Source: Pseudonocardiaceae bacterium | GTDB taxonomy: Bacteria > Actinomycetota > Actinomycetes > Mycobacteriales > Pseudonocardiaceae | Assembly (NCBI GenBank): GCA_036268955.1 | Contig: DATATE010000089.1 | Span: 1-64,000, forward strand | DNA length: 64,000 bases | Direction: 5' to 3' | Part shown: positions 59,362 through 64,000 of the stretch, piece after piece | Numbering within the stretch: the stretch's first letter is position 1 | Layout of the letters: every line of letters begins with the position of its first letter | Notes under the pieces: model-generated | Told to the model about the DNA's origin: nothing | The model's database searches: none | The model's input: only the letters and a program-made list of their open reading frames with translations | Made by a program: the position numbers and the translations under genes

Positions 59362-59892
59362 TCAGGGGGTGGGTAGGCCGATGTCCTCGTACCAGATGTC
59401 CGGGCGGCGGGTGATGAACTCGCGCATCAGCTCGACGCACCGCTGATCATCCAGCAGCGTGATCGTCACACCGTGCTCGGCCAGCCAGTCATGCCCGCCG
59501 ACGAAGGTGCGCGCCTCACCGATGACGACCGCACCGATGCCGAACTGGCGGACCAGGCCGCTGCAGTACCAGCACGGCGACAGCGTGGTGACCATGATCG
59601 TGTCCGCGTAGTGCGGCCTGCGCCCCGCGTTGCGGAAGGCCGCGGTCTCGGCGTGCATCGACGGATCGTCGTCCTGGACGCGCCGATTGTGCCCGCGACC
59701 GAGCAGCACACCGTCGCGGTCGAACAGCGCCGCGCCGATCGGCACCCCGCCCTCGGCCGCCCCGGCATTGGCCTCCGAGACGGCGACGTCGAGCAGGGCT
59801 GCAACGTCGGGCAACGCGGCGACATCGGGCAGGCCAGCAACGTCAGGCAGGGCGCTGCGGTCGGCGGGCTGGTCTGCTGCGGGCATTGCCAC
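59362..59892 (-). CDS. CMP/dCMP-type zinc deaminase (yeast-type cytosine deaminase/nucleoside deaminase-like)
   Basis: GGVPIGAALF ... HAETAAF ... SPCWYCSG zinc-binding motifs (H-A-E, PC..C). N-terminal LPDVAG/LPDVAA hexapeptide repeats encoded by an 18-bp tandem repeat. Confidence 0.75.
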   Translation of the reverse strand: MAMPAADQPADRSALPDVAGLPDVAALPDVAALLDVAVSEANAGAAEGGVPIGAALFDRDGVLLGRGHNRRVQDDDPSMHAETAAFRNAGRRPHYADTIMVTTLSPCWYCSGLVRQFGIGAVVIGEARTFVGGHDWLAEHGVTITLLDDQRCVELMREFITRRPDIWYEDIGLPTP

Positions 59893-60038
59893 ACCTTGCG
59901 GGGCGGCCGGCGATCTCGCAATGGTTGCTTCGCTGCAATCAGGTAAATCTGGCCGGGATCAGCCAGGAGCCGGGCCGGGCAGACCTGGCCGGTTTCCGTC
60001 AATCGGGATATTCCGCCAGGTCGACCTATGATGTCGTG

Positions 60039-61043
60039 ATGACGGCCGTCCCATCCCGCACCACAAGGCAGGCCGGCCGAGGCCCCCGCCCGCTCACCGC
60101 GGCGGCGCTGCGGCTGGCCACGCAACCACGAACCGCAGGCCAGGAGGACGATCCGGCCACCCAGCTGGTGGCCACGATGGACACTCAGCTGCGGGTGCTG
60201 CTCGACCAACAGCGCCAGGTCGAGGACATCGACGACCCGGAGGCCGTGCACCAGATGCGGGTCGCGATCCGGCGGCTGCGCGTCGCGCTGCGGCTCGGCG
60301 CGGACGAGCTGGGGCCGATCGAGGTCGAGCTGCGCGCCGAACTGGGTTGGCTCGGTGGTGAGCTGGGCGTTATCCGCGATCTCGATGTGCTGTCCGGTCG
60401 GTTGGCGAGCGCGGCGGCGGCGCTGGGACCGGCCGATCAGGACGGTGTGGCCGAGGTGCTGGCCGAACTGCACGACTCGCGGGTGGCCAGCAGGGCCGAG
60501 CTGGTGGCGACCCTGGCCGAGCCCCGCTACCGCGCGCTCCTGCGTGCCCTGGCCAGGCAGGTCCGCATCACCACAACATCAACACCATCAACAGAATCGA
60601 CAACAGCGACGGGCAGCGCGCTGGCGGCCGATCCGCTCGCCCTGCTCGACCGGCCGCTGCGCAAGCTGCGCAGGGAGGTCGCCTCGATCGGCGCGCAGCC
60701 CACCGATGACCAGCTGCATACCCTGCGCATTCGCGGCAAACGCCTGCGCTACTCGGCCGAACTCGCGTTCGATCGCTGCGGCAGGAGCCTGCGCAAACCG
60801 CTGCGCAGGCTGATCGGCGCGGCCAAGGACCTTCAGGAGATCCTCGGCGACCATCACGACACGGTGACCGCGGAGCACTGGCTGCGCGAAGCCGGCGCGG
60901 CGCGGCCGGCAACGCTGTCCGGGCCCGCGCTGATCGTCCTCGGCCGCCTCGTCGAGCGCGAACTCAACCAGCGCGCGGACCACGCGGCGAAGTGGCCGCT
61001 GGCCTGGCGCGAACTCGACAGCCGCGCCGACGAACTCGACTGA
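60039..61043 (+). CDS. CHAD-domain protein
   Basis: VHQMRVAIRRLRVALRL ... LHTLRIRGKRLRYSAEL repeats (conserved His/Arg alpha-helical CHAD). No CYTH partner in the window. Confidence 0.7.
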   Translation: MTAVPSRTTRQAGRGPRPLTAAALRLATQPRTAGQEDDPATQLVATMDTQLRVLLDQQRQVEDIDDPEAVHQMRVAIRRLRVALRLGADELGPIEVELRAELGWLGGELGVIRDLDVLSGRLASAAAALGPADQDGVAEVLAELHDSRVASRAELVATLAEPRYRALLRALARQVRITTTSTPSTESTTATGSALAADPLALLDRPLRKLRREVASIGAQPTDDQLHTLRIRGKRLRYSAELAFDRCGRSLRKPLRRLIGAAKDLQEILGDHHDTVTAEHWLREAGAARPATLSGPALIVLGRLVERELNQRADHAAKWPLAWRELDSRADELD

Positions 61044-61095
61044 GCCACCGAAGACCAGGTCTTCCTCGACTGAGCCACCGAAGACCAGACCGTCC
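61036..61095. repeat. 30-bp imperfect tandem duplication between convergent genes
   Basis: tcgactgagccaccgaagaccag(gtcttcc) followed by tcgactgagccaccgaagaccag(accgtcc). The first copy contains the CHAD stop codon. Confidence 0.6.
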
Positions 61096-61122
61096 TCGAC
61101 CAGGCCGTCAAAGAACAGGCCG

Positions 61123-62211
61123 TCAGGACAGTCGGGCGACCGCGGCGGCGATCCGCTCGTCGGACGCGGTGAGCGCGACGCGCACGTGGCGGTCGCCGGC
61201 CGGCCCGTAGAAGGTGCCCGGCGCGACCAGGATGCCCCGCTCAGCCAGCCAGGACACCGTGGTCAGCGCGTCCTCACCTCGGCTGGCCCACAGGTAGAGG
61301 CCGGCCTCGGAGTGTTCGACGGTGAATCCGGCCGACAGCAGCGCGGGGCGCAGCGTGGCGCGTCGACGCGCGTAGCGCTCGCGCTGCACGCCGATGTGCT
61401 CGTCGTCGGACAAGGCGGCCGTGACCGCGGCCTGTACCGGTCGGGGCATCATCAGGCCGGCATGCTTGCGCACGTTCAGCAGTCGCGCGAGGAGATCGGG
61501 GTCGCCGGTGACGAAACCGGCCCGGTAGCCGGCCAGGTTCGCCGACTTCGACAGCGAGTGCACGGCGAGCAGGCCGTCGAAACGGCCCTGGCTGACCGAG
61601 GGGTGCAGCACCGACACCGGTTCGGCCTCCCAGCCCAGGGCCAGGTAGCACTCGTCGGAGGCGAGCACCGCACCGCACTCGCGGGCGTAGTCGACCACCT
61701 TGCGCAGGTGCTCCACCGGCAGCACCTGGCCGGTCGGGTTGGCCGGTGAGTTCACCCAGATCAGCTTCGGCCGCCGAGGACCGAGCGCGGTCAGGCCGTC
61801 GGCCCTGATGAACTCGGCCCCGGCCAGCCGCGCACCGACCTCATAGGTCGGGTAGGCCAGCTCCGGGATGACCACGAGGTCGCCGGCACCGAGGCCGAGC
61901 AGCGTCGGCAGCCAGGCGACCAGCTCCTTGGAACCGATCGTGGGCAGCACAGCGGCCTCATCGAGGCCGGTGACGCCGAACCGCCGCTCCATCGCCTTGA
62001 CCGCGGCCTCCCGCAGTTGCGGCGTGCCGTGCGTCGTCGGATAGCCGGGGACGTCGGCGACCGAGCCCAGCGCCTGCTGGATCAGCTCGGGCACCGGGTC
62101 GACCGGGGTACCGACGGACAGGTCGACGATGCCGTCCGGATGAGCCCTGGCTCGCTGGCTGTGCCGCGCCAGCGAGTCCCACGGGAAGTCCGGCAGGTCA
62201 ACCATGCTCAT
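61123..62211 (-). CDS. dapC: N-succinyldiaminopimelate aminotransferase (fold type I PLP aminotransferase)
   Basis: PLP-lysine motif HSLSKSANLAGYRAG. Aminotransferase class I/II profile. Adjacent to a 7Fe ferredoxin, as in mycobacteria (Rv1177-Rv1178-like). Confidence 0.75.
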   Translation of the reverse strand: MSMVDLPDFPWDSLARHSQRARAHPDGIVDLSVGTPVDPVPELIQQALGSVADVPGYPTTHGTPQLREAAVKAMERRFGVTGLDEAAVLPTIGSKELVAWLPTLLGLGAGDLVVIPELAYPTYEVGARLAGAEFIRADGLTALGPRRPKLIWVNSPANPTGQVLPVEHLRKVVDYARECGAVLASDECYLALGWEAEPVSVLHPSVSQGRFDGLLAVHSLSKSANLAGYRAGFVTGDPDLLARLLNVRKHAGLMMPRPVQAAVTAALSDDEHIGVQRERYARRRATLRPALLSAGFTVEHSEAGLYLWASRGEDALTTVSWLAERGILVAPGTFYGPAGDRHVRVALTASDERIAAAVARLS

Positions 62212-62308
62212 GCCAACCACCAAGCAGTCCACGCGGCAACCGCGCTCCGGGCGGACCGGAGACCGGTGCGACCCGCGTGGACTCCTCGGCTGGGCCGGGC
62301 CGCTGAGA

Positions 62309-62629
62309 TCATTCGCCCTGCGGCGGCAGGTTCTTGATCAGGTCCGGGTCGGCCGAGACCTTGCCGACCTTGGAGGCACCCCCAGGCGAGCCCAACTCGT
62401 CGAAGAAGTCGACGTTGGCCTTGGTGTATTCCTTCCACTGGTCGGGGACGTCGTCCTCGTAGTAGATGGCTTCCACCGGACACACCGGTTCACAGGCACC
62501 GCAGTCGACGCACTCGTCGGGGTGGATGTACAACATCCGGTCGCCCTCGTAGATGCAGTCGACGGGGCATTCCTCGATGCACGCTTTGTCGAGAACGTCG
62601 ACGCAGGGCTCGGCGATCACGTAGGTCAC
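62309..62629 (-). CDS. fdxA: 7Fe ferredoxin (3Fe-4S plus 4Fe-4S)
   Basis: [29 protein letters not shown] ... [15 protein letters not shown] start with an AGGAGA RBS. 106 aa. Confidence 0.85.
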   Translation of the reverse strand: MTYVIAEPCVDVLDKACIEECPVDCIYEGDRMLYIHPDECVDCGACEPVCPVEAIYYEDDVPDQWKEYTKANVDFFDELGSPGGASKVGKVSADPDLIKNLPPQGE

Positions 62630-62881
62630 TGCGTTCTCCTGCTTCCTTATGCCGTTGCTGCCACGCAAGCGCCAGGCTACGTGGCGGTCTTCAGTATCTC
62701 GTGCCGGCCCGGCCAACTTCGCACCGGTGCCCCCACTGCCAACCAGGTCAATCGGCCCGGCCGGTCAGCGCCGATCAAGTCGATCAACACGCCTCGATCC
62801 GCGCACTCCGCACAGAAGCTACTGATAGCAGCCATCGGACCGGAAGTGCCCGTTCCACCACAAGCGCCTACGTGTCGCACA

Positions 62882-63319
62882 TCACTGGCCCCCGCCAGCA
62901 GCCCCAGCCCGCTGACCAGGCAGGTTCCCGCGCCGTGCTGCGGTGCGCCTGCCGAGGGCGTTGCCGAGCGCGACCGCGCTGGGCAGCGTGCCGGCCGCGA
63001 GCAGCAGCAGGCCACGCCAGTCCTCCAACAGCACCAGGTTCTCGGTGCCGGCGAGGCCGACGACGCCGATGGTGGCCAGCCACACCCACAGCGGCGCGCC
63101 GACGACCAGCAGGCGGGTGGAGGCGTCCCCGGCCCGCGCGACCAGCCACGGCATGGTGACGGCGGCGACGAGCACGGTGACCGGGAAGGGCCAGCCGCCG
63201 AGGTCGGGCAGCAGCGTGCCGTCGAAGCGCAGCGGCAGGAAGAACATCTCCAGCACCGCGAGGATGACCGCGTCCACGAGCAGCACCAGCAGCGTCAGCC
63301 AGTCCGCGGGCCTGCGCAT
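62882..63319 (-). CDS. Hypothetical membrane protein
   Basis: Three predicted TM helices (LTLLVLLVDAVILAVLEMFFL ...). No domain recognised. Confidence 0.4.
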   Translation of the reverse strand: MRRPADWLTLLVLLVDAVILAVLEMFFLPLRFDGTLLPDLGGWPFPVTVLVAAVTMPWLVARAGDASTRLLVVGAPLWVWLATIGVVGLAGTENLVLLEDWRGLLLLAAGTLPSAVALGNALGRRTAARRGNLPGQRAGAAGGGQ

Positions 63320-64000
63320 CAGCGTCCCTCCCTGGTCAGGTCCCCGGTGAGGTCTTGGGTGGGGTCTTCGGCGAGGTCTTGGGCGAGGTCTTGGGTGGGG
63401 TCTTCGGCACGGTCTTGGGCGAGGTCTTGGGTGGGGTCTTCGGCGCGGTCTTGGGCGAGGCCGCCGAAGAGGTCGGTCGCCGCGCCCGTTCCGTCGCCGC
63501 GCGCCAGTACGAAGTACTCGGTCGGCAGCAGCGGTGCCGCGATGTCATTGGACAGCGCGTAGGCGACCCGGTCCCCGGCCGAGAAGACGCTCACCTGGGT
63601 CGCGTGCGCGCGAAGCGCCCGCAGCTTGGCCGGCAGGTACCCGGCGACGTCCAGTTCGGTGCTGATCAGCTCGTCCGGCACGACGGCAAGCTCCGCCGGG
63701 TCCGGCAGCCGGAACGGCAGGTCCGGCCAGCCGGCCAGGATCCGCACCCCGGCCTCGACGGCGGTGCGCGACTGCACCGCGTAGAACACCCGCGCCACCT
63801 CGGGGGCCCGTTCTGCGGCGGCGACGGTGATCTGGTGCGCCCTGATGTGGTCCGGGTGGCCGTAGCCGCCGTTGGCGTCGTAGCTGACCAGCACCTGCGG
63901 CCGGAACTCGGCGATGATCTCGGTGAGCATCGTCACCTGTTCGTCGGGCGACCCCTTGACGAAGGCCCTCGGCCGGTCGTTGGCCGGGTCGCCGACCATG
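63319..64000 (-). CDS. mshB: LmbE/PIG-L-family deacetylase (MshB-like). It runs off the window end and has a C-terminal AQDRAEDPTQDL repeat tail
   Basis: VSYDANGGYGHPDHIRAHQITVAA ... RALRAHATQV are PIG-L motifs. The N-terminus lies beyond position 64000. The C-terminal tail is encoded by 36-bp tandem repeats. Confidence 0.65.
   Translation of the reverse strand, partial: MVGDPANDRPRAFVKGSPDEQVTMLTEIIAEFRPQVLVSYDANGGYGHPDHIRAHQITVAAAERAPEVARVFYAVQSRTAVEAGVRILAGWPDLPFRLPDPAELAVVPDELISTELDVAGYLPAKLRALRAHATQVSVFSAGDRVAYALSNDIAAPLLPTEYFVLARGDGTGAATDLFGGLAQDRAEDPTQDLAQDRAEDPTQDLAQDLAEDPTQDLTGDLTREGR
63340..63455. repeat. 36-bp tandem repeat (about 3 copies) within the 3' end of the mshB-like gene
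   Basis: gtcttgggtggggtcttcggcg(a/c/g)ggtcttgggcgag repeated on the plus strand. In-frame (36 = 12 codons). Confidence 0.85.

Overview
This is a high-GC actinobacterial chromosomal segment containing about 60 protein-coding genes. It is dense with genes on both strands. I found no rRNA, tRNA, CRISPR array, transposase or integrase.

The backbone is the conserved actinobacterial neighbourhood known from mycobacteria (roughly Rv1170 to Rv1224), in inverted order: sigE-rseA-htrA-tatB and mrp; an O-methyltransferase; glgC divergent from glgA; DUF3117; tag; gpgS; LOG; dapE and dapD; dapC-fdxA-mshB. Several accessory modules are interleaved with this backbone:
1. A two-gene module made of a RelA/SpoT-domain small alarmone synthetase and a translationally coupled 85-aa acidic partner. 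It looks like a toxSAS toxin-antitoxin pair.
2. A glycoconjugate cluster built around a bona fide UDP-sulfoquinovose synthase (SQD1/SqdB-like), with GtrA, a fused membrane glycosyltransferase + GT2 protein and an epimerase.
3. An AT-rich-flanked islet with a secreted HKD phospholipase D and a Tat-exported phospholipase C. They bracket an OmpR-type two-component system inactivated by a 19-bp tandem duplication and two 1-nt deletions.
4. A cytosine deaminase, 2OG-Fe(II) oxygenase and NCS1 permease operon.
5. A LOG-NUDIX fusion.

Several coding regions carry in-frame tandem repeats (21, 36, 18 and 15 bp units). The sigE upstream region has a GGAACA-N17-GTT ECF-type promoter motif and a perfect 14-bp palindrome.

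All calls come from reading the sequence and the supplied ORF translations. No database searches were run.
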